64,000 nt of DNA from Marsupella aquatica (Eukaryota; Plantae; Marchantiophyta), in NCBI GenBank assembly GCA_973895155.1, contig OZ316898.1:14662330-14726329 (forward strand). The letters are read 5' to 3'. A program made the position numbers and the translations under genes. This document shows positions 14,332-25,812 of the stretch, piece after piece; position 1 is the stretch's first letter, and each line of letters opens with the position of its first letter. The notes beneath the pieces were generated by a model. That model ran no database searches, was not told where the DNA came from, and saw only the letters and a list, made by a program, of their open reading frames with translations.

Positions 14332-14628
14332 CTCGGGGGTCTCACTACATGGGGACCTCCCCATCACCTGCGACGTTTTTAGGCCTTGGACCCCCTAAAA
14401 TGTAAGAAAAAAATATTATTTTTTAACCCCTATAAAGTTGGAATATTCTTGGAATATTCCAAAAATTGGATTAAAAAGGCCCTAATGTTCTTATAAGTCT
14501 CAAAATTGAATTTAAAAGACCCTATTGTTCTTCTACAAAAATTCTTAAGTCTTCCCTTACAACCAATAAAATGACCCTATCCTTCGTCGCACCTGATATG
14601 CCATTTTTGTGGAAGTGAAACCCCCGAG
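14332..14628. mobile_element. 297-bp MITE, copy 1 (hAT-like 8-bp TSD)
   Basis: TIR CTCGGGGGT(C/T)TCACT (15 bp, 1 mismatch). TSD CCCTAAGC on both sides. Confidence 0.92.
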
Positions 14629-14959
14629 CCCTAAGCCTTCCCACGAGTTGAAATGTGAGCTCAAGACGGCACCGATCAATCTAGAGAGTGAGACATCTGC
14701 ACATGCGTAGGTTTTTTTGGGGTGAAAGACGGGAAGGCACAAAACACAGTCTTGCTGCGTTTCTGTTGAGACAAGTGAGGGGGGCAAAAGGGGGGCAAAA
14801 GGATTGGGCTTTCGGGAGGAGACACTTAGGCACCAATGAGTCATTTTTCCTGGTCTCAGGCCTGCCTTCTTCCGCAAAAGTGGAATGTGTGCACATTTGG
14901 GAAGTGATTTTACGGGAAAAACGAGGGCAGGCAGTATCGGGCTTTCGAGGGGACCTCCT

Positions 14960-16382
14960 GGCGTCGCTGACTCCGCCGCTGAGCTCCCTTATGGTCCAGG
15001 CCCGGATAGGCCATCCAAGGAGGACTTAGCATGGGGAGACTTGTGGGCAATGAGACGTGGCACTAGCGAGGCAAAGGGCCAAGCTGGGGACACACACTAA
15101 GGACTTGGACTATATGGCTGGTTGGGTCAAGGGGAAATGGGCCGGGCTCAAGGGTGGCCGTCCGGACCATCAGATGGGCTTTGAGTTCTGAGGGCTTGGG
15201 AGTGAGCTCCTCTTGGGCCCAAGGCCAATGGAGTTGATGCCATTGGCAACGGACGCTTGGGGCGCAAGTTGTGGCTCGAGCCAGGTTGGGCCGGTCGGGG
15301 GCCCCGAGCGGCGATCAGACCTGAGGGCCTAGGCATGAGCACTGGGTCGGCCCGGTCACAACGGGCTAAGGCACTCCGCTTGCGGATGCCTATCAAGAAA
15401 GTTATGGGCGTTGCCAGTTGGTGGCGCGCCCATTATGCGCGATGAGATCCGGGTTGGGGGCCAAATGTCGGGGGTGGCAGGTCTCCAGAAGCATATATGA
15501 GGGGAGTGGTGTCTCCCTGGGGGCTAAGGGCGAGCCGAAGTCGTGAGCCGCGGCGGTCGCGACACTAAGGGAAACCGCCAAACGGAAATGGCGATATCTT
15601 CCCAACGGGAAGTCCGTTGGAGGACTTCTTAGGTGCGTTGGAAAGCTCTTGAGGAGGGCTACGCCCTCCTGAGCTCAGCTGGGTCTGGGGGTGCCATGGG
15701 TTCTCGTGGTTTGCGGGTGTTAGCTCGCCCGTGTACCAAATCCTGCCGAACAGCAGCCAAGCTGCGTCTAGTCTCCCAAGGGAGCTTGCGTTGGGGAGGC
15801 AAGGCCGAGTAGGTATGGAGGCTGAGTCCCAAAACCATCAGTGGGGCAAACCGGGGGTCGGTGTTAGAGTCGGGGCCGTTCTGGTCCCGGCGTGTTGAGA
15901 CAAGCTTAGGACAAACTTTAGGACAAGCTACGCTATTTGGGCCATGAGCATGTCCTGAGGTCAGGGCGGTCAATTGGTGATGGATAGGTACGAGGGGGAA
16001 CCCGGGCCGCGCCCAAGGAAGGAGCTGTCCTAGACGGACAGTGGGCGTGGGTTCTTGTTCTGGCTTATGGCATCGGGAGGACCTATCGCTGACCTATTTA
16101 CCAACGTGTGTTGAGCTTGAGTCAGGATGCTAGACTTGGCGAGTTCTAGATCCGATGGGGTTACTTACCAAGGTGCTTGGTTGTTTGTGCAGACAGTGAG
16201 GACCGTTGAGTAGAGGTCGTGTAGGTGAGCAAGTGCGGCTTCGTATGGGAGTGGCCGCTGATGGTGCTAGAGGCACTTGGATGCTTGCTCGAGGTATTCT
16301 GTGGAGGCGTTCGGGCACCAAGGGCACTTAGGTGCAAGTGCTGGGATTGGTGAGGGCGCTGGGTGGCAAGGTCCACCACTCA
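14960..16382. repeat. ~1.4-kb dispersed GC-rich repeat, copy 1 (class unknown)
   Basis: Colinear high similarity to 39339-40791; a partial inverted copy lies at ~24960-25430. Confidence 0.85.
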
Positions 16383-16744
16383 GCTGTAGCACTGTATACG
16401 GGTACTGGTATCCCACATACGGAAAGGGGGACAGGTAAACAAATAAATTGAATTGGGGACTGGATCCTGAATTCGAACAGTTAGGGGGGCAGGTTACTAA
16501 AAAGCCGAAAGACAAAAAAACAAAAAACAATGGAAAACAAAGAATTCAATGCTCTTTTGGGTTATTTTTTGCCCCAATCCCTATTTTATGTCCACCCTTG
16601 CTTTAAGTTTTCTTGTTATTTAGAGTCATTTTTAGTTTTGTCATTATTGAGAATTACAATCCAGAGGGTTTACTCCACTTTATTTAGAGTCACCTTTAGT
16701 TTTGTCCTGATTGAAAATTAGGGTCTAGAGGGTTGCTCCACAGT

Positions 16745-18900
16745 GTAACCCTGGAAAATAGCTTCACATCACTCTTTATCAATAAGATAAGGATTGGACA
16801 CAAAGTTCAACTTGATTTAGGCCCTTTACTTGAATGGCCATTATCTTGTTGATAGGTGATATTCCTCAAGGCCTTTGGGATGCTCAACTCTATATCTCTT
16901 CATTGAATCTAAGCAACCTCACCACCATATTATAAAGACTTTCGCTTTCAAGTGGTGTGCAACATACAATCTAATCCAACAGGTCGGGGGCTTCTACTTT
17001 AGGTCATGATGAATCCACTTCATCTAATTAACTAAAACCAGGCTATGGTATTTGATCAAGTCTAATCTCATTCCACCTGGAATCCAATGATATACTGTTG
17101 TGCCCTAATATTAACCCCCTTTCAGCAAATTATTGTGAGTGGCCTAAACCAAATATATTGAATTACCAATAATGACTCTCCCCTTAAACTACTGCTAATA
17201 TTTATGTTTATAACCATCCAAATTCATAATGAAACTAATTGGTCAGTACAATGAGAATTTATTACCCTGGGTACTATATGAGTAAAATTAGTATGTGGAC
17301 CCCTTGTTTCCACTGTTAACACTCTTAAGATGAGAACAACGCATTATTGTTGTGACTCAACTGGAAAGGTCTGTGGAGTATAGAAAATGGAAACCATAAT
17401 TCACCTAATTATATTGTTTAGTGTTTAGGGTATTGGACCTCATCCATATTAAAGTAGAAGATTCAAGGCCTCTTGTGAAAGGAGATCAATGGGTCATCCA
17501 TATATGATTGGCCTTCTGAGATTTATTGTGCTAGCCTTACCATCAAATTAATGAGTTCAATGTATGACCGCAGTCAAGTCTGACTAGCATATTAGTTTCA
17601 ATATGTCTAAAGCTCCAAGCCTCCCAGGAAAACTCTTGAAAGCACTGTTGTTAGGGACACTTTGGGGGAAAGTGTGAGTTCTCATTCGGTTCTCTCCCAT
17701 TTGTCATATAGTTTCCACCAGGCAAGGTTTGTGCCAAAATTTAGACACTCTTCCATTGATTTTGGTACAGAACAAATTTGCATGTGGCCACTAAATTCAG
17801 CAGCATTGGAAAAACAACATCCTTCACACTCGTTTGGATAGTGCTGATGCATTCATTCAGCCAGGCAGTCTCTATTAATTTTCCCATTGCAATATTATAG
17901 CCAATTTCAATCGCAATGACTCTATTTTATTGCCTATGGTAGTCAAAATAGCAAGTGCCACTGAATCACATAAAAACACCTAGAGCTCTGGCATTTATGC
18001 TAACACTTTGGATTTGACCACCAAGTTGTGGTGACCATTAGGGAAAGTTCTTGTAGTGGCTCACGTAAGGGATTGAAAAAAATCCTTTTTTAAAAGGGGA
18101 AATCTGTGAAGCCCCAAAGAAAGGAAAAGAGTCGGCCACAATAGTTGAACCCAAGATCTATCAGTCTCTATTCAGGTGAGCTATCACAAAGTCATGCCTC
18201 TCTAGGCAGATTGAAAAACTCTTACAAAACTATAAATGGTTTCTTCCTTGAACGGGTTAATGCAAGAACATATTGAAGGAGACATCCCCTTCATTAAATC
18301 CAAAATCCACTACAGAAATTGTGTGGCTAACCTTTTGATTGTAGTTCTGGGTCCCTTGACTTTGGGTTCTCAGAATCGGTCCTCAATTTCCAGCCCCCCT
18401 AGAGATTAGAAATCAATTCCAAAATGTTCAATTAGCTCTTGAATTCTTGTTCCCGTAGAATTTGGCTTCAGAGACTTGGCCTTCCATTCCCAACGCCCCT
18501 AGAGATTATAAACCAACTCCAGAAAGTGCGGGTCACTTGGTTCTTCAATTCTACTGTTGTTCCCATAGGATCGGGCTTCTAAGACTTGGCCCTCAATTCA
18601 TAACTCTCCTAGAGATTATGAACCAACTCCAGAAAGTGTGTGTTGGCTCTTTAATTCTATTGTTTGGCTCAAATGTTTCACCATTGGAAACATTCCTTCT
18701 GGCTCTTCAATTTTGGTTCCCAAAACTTCATGACTCCTTGAGTCTCCAAACTCATCATGTAAGAATTCTTGCTCCCTAATTTGTGGATTGCTGAATGGGC
18801 CCTCGATTCCCAACTTTCCTACTTTCTCTGCACACCAAATTCAATCTCATTCACCATCATCAAAGCTTAGATTTTCTGAACTAATCCTATAATCATGTTT
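16745..18900 (-). mobile_element. Highly decayed LTR-retrotransposon gag/protease/RT relic
   Basis: Only fragmentary RT-N-like residues at ~16950-17100 and ~110-bp degenerate tandem units at 18360-18740. Boundaries approximate. Confidence 0.35.
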
Positions 18901-19202
18901 GCTATCTAATATGTGAATTCTTGAATTAGCCCTGGATTCTGCTATTTTCTTGGTGGACTATTTTCCCACAGACCACGATTGAAGCAGTAAACCTCTATTG
19001 CTCAATCAATTAGTAAACCTCTATTGCTCAATCAATTCCTTTTTATTACAAACTCAACCAACCTTCCACAAAATAGCTGAAAAGCTTGGGGAATCTGGCC
19101 TCTCACCTTGCCACCTCAGTGCAAAAAGGCATTGACAGGATCCAACGACACCTTTGATTGCTTGACCGGCCGGTTGATTGAAGAGAGCAACGTTGGGGTA
19201 CA

Positions 19203-19728
19203 CAACATCATCTGATATCAATTATCTCAAAAATTTCAGAATCTCAGCTGAGGAGTTGAGATGGGGCCTTCAAAATTTTGCGCATCTCAGCTAGGCAGCC
19301 GAGGTTGACTCAATCTCGGCTGACCTCGCCGAGATGGGCGTACAGACCGAAAAAAATAAAAAATAAAAAGCAAAACTTTTCCAGAAAAAAAAATGTGAAA
19401 AAAAAATTCAGAAATTTTTTCCCCATCTCAGCTGGCCTCGCCAAGATGGGGCGTACGGACCGAAAAAAATGGGGAAAAAAAACCAAAAATTTTCCCCAAA
19501 AAAAAATTTGAAAAAAAAATTCGGAAATTTTTTTCCCATCTCGGCTGGGCTCGAAGAGATATGTGTCCGACGATACGGACGCCTCATGGTGAAAAAAATT
19601 TGAAAAAAAAAGTTTTCCTTCAAATTTTGAAGAAAAATTTAAGAATTTTTTTCTTCATTTTTTTCTTTTTTGCATCGCAACTTGGCGGCCTCTCTGAGAT
19701 GAGGTGGCAGCTGATATCAGGTACACTG
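19203..19728. mobile_element. Non-autonomous hAT-like element
   Basis: Right end ...GCTGATATCAGGTACACTG (CAGTG-type TIR) and a degenerate left end CATCTGATATC. Repeated CATCTC(A/G)GCT/GAGATG subterminal motifs with A/T-run spacers. Confidence 0.5.
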
Positions 19729-20779
19729 ATGAAAGTGACTGATAACTGATGAGATTACCTATCTCAGCAACGTTTAGGAAGAGAAGTATAACAAGTTTGA
19801 GCTCACATCTCTCTCTCTCTTAATAGGAACATAGAGAAAACAAGGGAAAAGGAGTAACAATGGGATTATAATAGATCACAATTGGGTAGTTATTTAACTA
19901 TTATTCTTTTTTACATAATTACAATTTCATTATTAAACATATTTTTTGTAATGAAAATTAAATTATTTACTTTCCTGAAAAGAGGGAAAAGTAACAAAAG
20001 CGGTTACATACTAAAAATGCTGTCCTGATCTTTGTGCTTTCATTTTTGTTACAACTTGTTTTTACGGAGTGGCAACCTGTCAGGAATTATCTCCAAAATT
20101 GACGCAAACAAGAACTCAAGGTGGCAGCTATTTTGATTCCCAACAAAGAGCGGTTGTGTTTGTTGTGCGCCATGATGGTGTAGCGCTCTGTGGTACCTGG
20201 AATTTTGGAAAAGATTCCTCAAGGACCGTGACCAATGTTTTAAAAAAACATGGAGGTGTTGGCAATTTATCCAAACATCTTATCAAATGTTTTGCAAGCT
20301 TTGACTTTTAACTAGATTGTTTAGAACAAAAAGCAATTCTCAAAATACTTAACCTGAGTGACTAAGTGGATAGCTCTGCAGGTTGGTTGATGCTACGATT
20401 GACATTGACCTGAACCCAATTGACACAACCATTTAAGCTAGAAGATAGTGAGGAGTTCAATGCAATGATTGACTTTGACATGAACACATATTGACACCGC
20501 CATTTAAGCTAGAAGATATTGAGGAGTCCACTACTTAGAGTATCTCCATATATGGGGTCAAGCAAGCATGTAAAATAAAGCTAAAAACTGAGCATAAATG
20601 GGCTGATTTGGAGGGATGGTTTCCCATAGGTGGCCACTATCCCTAAATGGCAGCAAGCATCCAATTTCACAACCCTAGTTAGAGATGACAACCATGAGAC
20701 ACCACCTATATCATTTCCCAGGCATCTACATTAAAGATTCCACCACATGTCACAGTGTCTTGGATATACTTGAGATTAT

Positions 20780-21870
20780 GAACCTGAGTAATTGTGACAA
20801 GTGTTGCAAGTGTTCAGCAAGATTATCTCCCATTCAAATATCAAGATTGGCGTCCTCCAGCAGTACCTCAAGGTCTAATTCATGGGTCACTCTATTTGTT
20901 CCTTCATCCCTGGAAATTGTCAGTCTGCAATGCTTGAGGCAATGCTCCCAACAAAGTTGAATTGTAGCTTGCATAACTCAATCATTCCATGCATTTACCA
21001 TCATCATTACAGCTTCATTACCATCAATTGAAAACGGTGCGCACTTCTCAGAATCAGCCAGTTGTTTTTGAATAAACAATATTTTGTATTGGCACCTAAA
21101 GTTGTGAGTTATATCTGAGTGCATCCATGGGCTGCAGACACAAGGTGGTGATAGGAGGCAAAACATGACTTTTGTGATTTCTAGCTTGCTGACAATTGGA
21201 GCAATTAAGCAGATGTCCAGGTGCATTGTCCAGCAACAATACCACCTTCTTTCTGCCCAAAGATTTCAACCGGCTGTCAAATCGCAGCACCCAATCCTGA
21301 AAAATTGTGCCCTTCATCTAAGCATTAGCTTGGGCGGCTTGATATTGTGCTAGGAGAAAGCTCGGAGCATTGCTGCAGCCTTGTTAATGACAAATGGGGG
21401 GAACTTCATGCTACCATCCATGGTTGCACACAAGAATTCCACTGTGATCTGAGTCTTGTCCTTCTTTTGTCTCTTGACTACTCTGTCCTGCAAGGACTTG
21501 TTTGGCTGCAATTTTAAAAATAGTCATGTTTCCTCCATGTTAAAAACATCATAGGGTTTGTATACTTGCAGTGTAGCCTTCAGAGTTGCAACTTGATCCC
21601 ACTTATCCTTGTTCACCTGACAAGGTTCTACTCTGCCATACATCACTTCCTTGGAGCTACATGTTATGTCACTTTTTGAATCCTGCCAACCAACCAGAGC
21701 TCAACTTGCAATCGTTGATGCCTGGTACCTTCCCGGGTACCTTCTCCAAGTCAGGAGCTTGCAGTCCCTTAGCTTTCTCTGCGATCAGGTCCTCAAAAAT
21801 TGTCACTCGAGCTTCCTGGGAAGTGAGGAACCAATGATACAAGCTAAATGATCGATATAACCTAAATGGT
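20780..21870 (-). pseudogene. pogo/Tigger-like (CENP-B HTH + DDE_1) transposase relic
   Basis: Fragments KLSSGWLAGFKK, DVFNMEET, FQDWVLRFD...VVLLLDNAPGH, LPPITTLCLQPMDA, with stops and frameshifts. Confidence 0.8.
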
Positions 21871-24800
21871 ACTTTTGATTGAAATGAGATCTGTAGACGG
21901 TCTCCTAACTTATTGTTTGCAGCCGGTTTCAATTACATTATCAAACCGGTTTCAATTACATTATCAAACCGGTTTCCTTGGTAACTTGACAACCTGAAAA
22001 AATTAAACCTGAAAAGATGTCACTTAAACGTCATCAATGTCATTACTGAGCATCACCATGATGTCTTGACTACTTTCTCACCAAGGTAATCAAAGTTGTC
22101 AACCGCAATCCACGATGAATTCTTTTTCCTTTTTGGTGTAAAAGATCGCTTTACGCAGTCCATGGGGATGGGTGGGGACAATATATGTCTTGGATGGCTT
22201 TTGTATCATGCATTAATGCATGAAGGAATGTCATGTACATGTAATTTTTAGAGAGTTCATGCATGAAGGAATGTCATGTACACTTAATTTTTAGAGAGTT
22301 CATTGATAGATCTTACATACCTAGCACAATTGAATTGGAATTAGAAAAAGGTACAAGGTAAAAAGTATCATTATAATTCATGAAAATTTTACCTGTATAC
22401 ACAGTGAAATCTAGCTCAACAATTAGGACTCTGATGTGAGACCAGGAGATCCTAGCTTGGTTCCAGCTTTTCTCAAAGACAATAAAAGAAAGAAGCATGG
22501 ACTTAAATGTTGGAAACAATGCTCCCATGGATCACATTTTGGTGGTCAATGGGAGTTTGGGCTTATAACTTTATGATTATGATTCTTAATTAATTTTTTA
22601 ATTTTCACCTGCAAGGAATCTAGAGAAGGATCATGAGACATAAAAAACACAACCCCTATATTTCATATTAACACAATGAAAATTAATATATTAGAATTTA
22701 CCATTCGGCATTCCATGATGACTAACTCAACCAAAATGGCCAAAAAACCAATGTCACTTTGATGGAAGTGTAGCTTACCTACTCCTCTAGCACTATTTGA
22801 ATTTATGAACATCAACTTATTACAATTACACTCACATTTTGGAAAATTAGGTCCATGGGGGTTTCAAAAGACCAATGTTGTGGTCCATGGGAGCATCACT
22901 CTCAAATGAAAAGTTAATGCAAAATTTAAGCAGATGATTGAATTTTTTTCTATGAGAAGTTAGAGGGGGCTTCTCCTGATTCAAAATGGAGAAAAAACAA
23001 AGAAGAAACCCTTTTGAAATAAACAAATTAAAGTTCAATTATCACTAGAATCAATTGGGCAGATCAGATGCTTTGCCATGATTATAGCAGTGTCAAAATA
23101 TTACCAAACTAGCTTCAAAGTGGCACGAATGTGCCTTGATCCACTGTAATTGATGCTTCAAATCAATCATAATTCAAATAACTGTCTGTACATGCCCTGT
23201 GAATTAGCACACTTGATGTGGGCAAATAATAATAATAATATGTGTTGCCTACTCTCACAAACCCTAAACCATAAACCCTCAGGGGGCTACGGTCTTAGGT
23301 AGAGCAAAAAATATGACAAATAAATTACAAATCTTGTGGAGTACCCCTGGCCCACGACAATGGAGAGGAGGGCCCTTCCATGATCTACCCACCTAGAGGA
23401 AGGCTGGCTCAAGCAAGGCTTATACAATGTAGATGTGGCTAGGTACCATAGATTTTAAAACATGACTGACCTTTTTTGACTTGTGATGTCACTTTTTCAT
23501 GTAATATTATTTGTTATTGCATCTTGGTTTTAATTGTGCATCTCCTCACACCACATAAGAGAGGATTTTATGTTTCAGCAATATATTTTGGTGGCTTCTC
23601 TGGTTTGTGCACTTCTCCATGCATAAAAACAGAGGGCTAACATAAATTTTGGAGTTCTCTCTTTAATTACTAGTTCACAGTTTTTATAACAGCAATAAAG
23701 TATTCAAATTTAGTGGTCCAACTGGCTTCACTCCATGATTGAGGAGTTGAGCATTACACTTAGGTGATCCCCGAGGTGATCAAGATATCTCTTTCCACAA
23801 ATAACGAAATCTCTATTATTTTTTACTTGATTCTAGTAGAGCGCCAAACTAGGGGGACATGATCCTAATGCAAAAACCTTCTATAAGTGGAGCGAGGAGA
23901 AGGGAAAAGACCAAAGAACAACAAAGAGGCAGTGATGGACTTAGCCACCAAACCTAGTACGCTGCCTAAGTACTCTTGGTGCCAAACGCCTACACGGAAC
24001 TCCACGAGAAAGCAACTCAGTGTCACCGCCATTGACAACTACTATACAAAGTTGCACTTTTAGCATGACTGCCGCTCTACGGCCCCTACTATCTGCACAA
24101 GCAATCAACAACATCAGTAAGTAACCCGCCTTGATCTTGGGTCCCAAGACCATTGTCTTGCCTCAAACTCAATATTTGTCAGTAAATAGGTAAGCAGACA
24201 AAGTCTCCCAACCCACCATGGCCTTGACATAAGCTAAAGCTAAGGTTGGCACCCACTGCTTGTCTAGAATAGTCACTCTATTGGGTGCCTCCCGAGCTTC
24301 CTCACTTTATATTTGTCACTAGGTGACCGCCTTGCCTCTAGAACATGCCCATGCACGGCCCAAATAGCTAGCTTTTCCCAAAGCTTGTTCCAATTGTTGG
24401 GACCTTTAGCCCCGACTCTAGCAACTGTCTTTACGGCTCCAACTCAACCAAGAGTCCAAAGGCAAAATGAACTTGGACCTCAACACCCATTCCTACTCTA
24501 CATTGTCTCCCCAACGCAAGCTCTGATGGGAAATTGAACACAACTTGACTGCTATTTTGGCAGGATAAAAAATTGGCCAAATAGCCCTTGCAAACTATGA
24601 GAACCAAAGGCACTCTCAAACTTAGTTGAGATTAGGAGGATGTAGTCGTCATTGAGAGATTTCTAATGCACCCAAGAAGTACTCCAACGGATGCCTATCA
24701 AGGAGATTGATATCGTTGTTTTTGTTTGACATAATTTCCCCTTAGTAGTGCGATCGTCGCACTTCACAACTCGTGTTCGGGCTTGGGCTTGCCCTGCCCA

Positions 24801-24959
24801 TAGGGAGACACCAACTCCCCTTGTATATGCTTTTGGAGACTTGCACCCCCGGACCAACTTTGAGGCCAAAAATGAGCCCTAGGACCAAAGTTGGACACAA
24901 AGCTAACTACTAGGCCCAAAACTTTCTAGTTAGTAAACTTTTAGGAGTGAAGTGCCTTA

Positions 24960-25430
24960 GCCCGTTGTCTTCAGGCCAACGTGGTGCCGGGCGTGGTGCT
25001 CATGCTTGGACCCTCGTAACTCATTGTTAATCGGCCAGGGGTCTCGGGTGGCTACACTCAAGCCGTGCCAGCTCTCATGTGGCTGCATGCCAAGCGTCTG
25101 TACATAACTTCTTTGGCCTTGGGCCCGAGAGAAACTCTCACTCCAGTCCTCAGAACTCAGAACTCAGAGTCCGTCCGGGGGTCACGATGGTCCGCCCTTA
25201 GCTTGGCACTTCCCATGACCCGACCAACTCCTAACGCCAAATGATCTGAGTCCTTGATGTGCGCCACTAGGTCAACGCATTGCCTTTGCTAGTGCAACGC
25301 CTCCTTGCCCACAAGTCTCCCCATACTTAGTCCCCACCGGATGGCCGTCTGGCCTGGGGGCCTTGACCATAGAAAAGCTTGGTGTCGGAGTCAGCAACGC
25401 CAAAGCTAAATGGTAGGGTGTCGAGTTCCT
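24960..25430. repeat. Diverged, partial, inverted copy of the 1.4-kb repeat
   Basis: Reverse complement matches the first ~450 bp of 14960-/39311-, including the terminal hairpin. Confidence 0.7.
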
Positions 25431-25515
25431 TGACTGGGGCCTCAAAACAAACTGAACAAAATGCCCACTAAATAGACAGATAAGTAGACTAAAACTGAAA
25501 AGTCTGATAGGAACT

Positions 25516-25812
25516 CTCGGGGGTCTCACTACATGGGGACCTCCCCATCACCTGCGACGTTTTTAGGCCTTGGACCCCCTAAAATGTAAGAAAAAAATAT
25601 TATTTTTTAACCCCTATAAAGTTGGAATATTCTTAGAATATTCCAAAAATTGGATTAAAAAGGCCCTAATGTTCTTATAAGTCTCAAAATTGAATTTAAA
25701 AGACCCTATTGTTCTTCTACAAAAATTCTTAAGTCTTCCATTACAACCAATAAAATGACCCTATCCTTCGTCGCACGTGATATGCCATTTTTGTGGAAGT
25801 GAAACCCCCGAG
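25516..25812. mobile_element. 297-bp MITE, copy 2
   Basis: Same TIRs as copy 1, TSD TAGGAACT. I count 3 substitutions versus copy 1. Confidence 0.92.

Larger units (their letters stand above)
11028..16507 (-). mobile_element. Mutator-like element (MULE) with long TIRs
   Basis: Left TIR 11028-~11352 pairs with 16381-16507 plus ~14885-14962 (right TIR split by an insertion). Flanks ATAGACAAAA / AAAGACAAAA form a 10-bp TSD with 1 mismatch. Confidence 0.85.
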
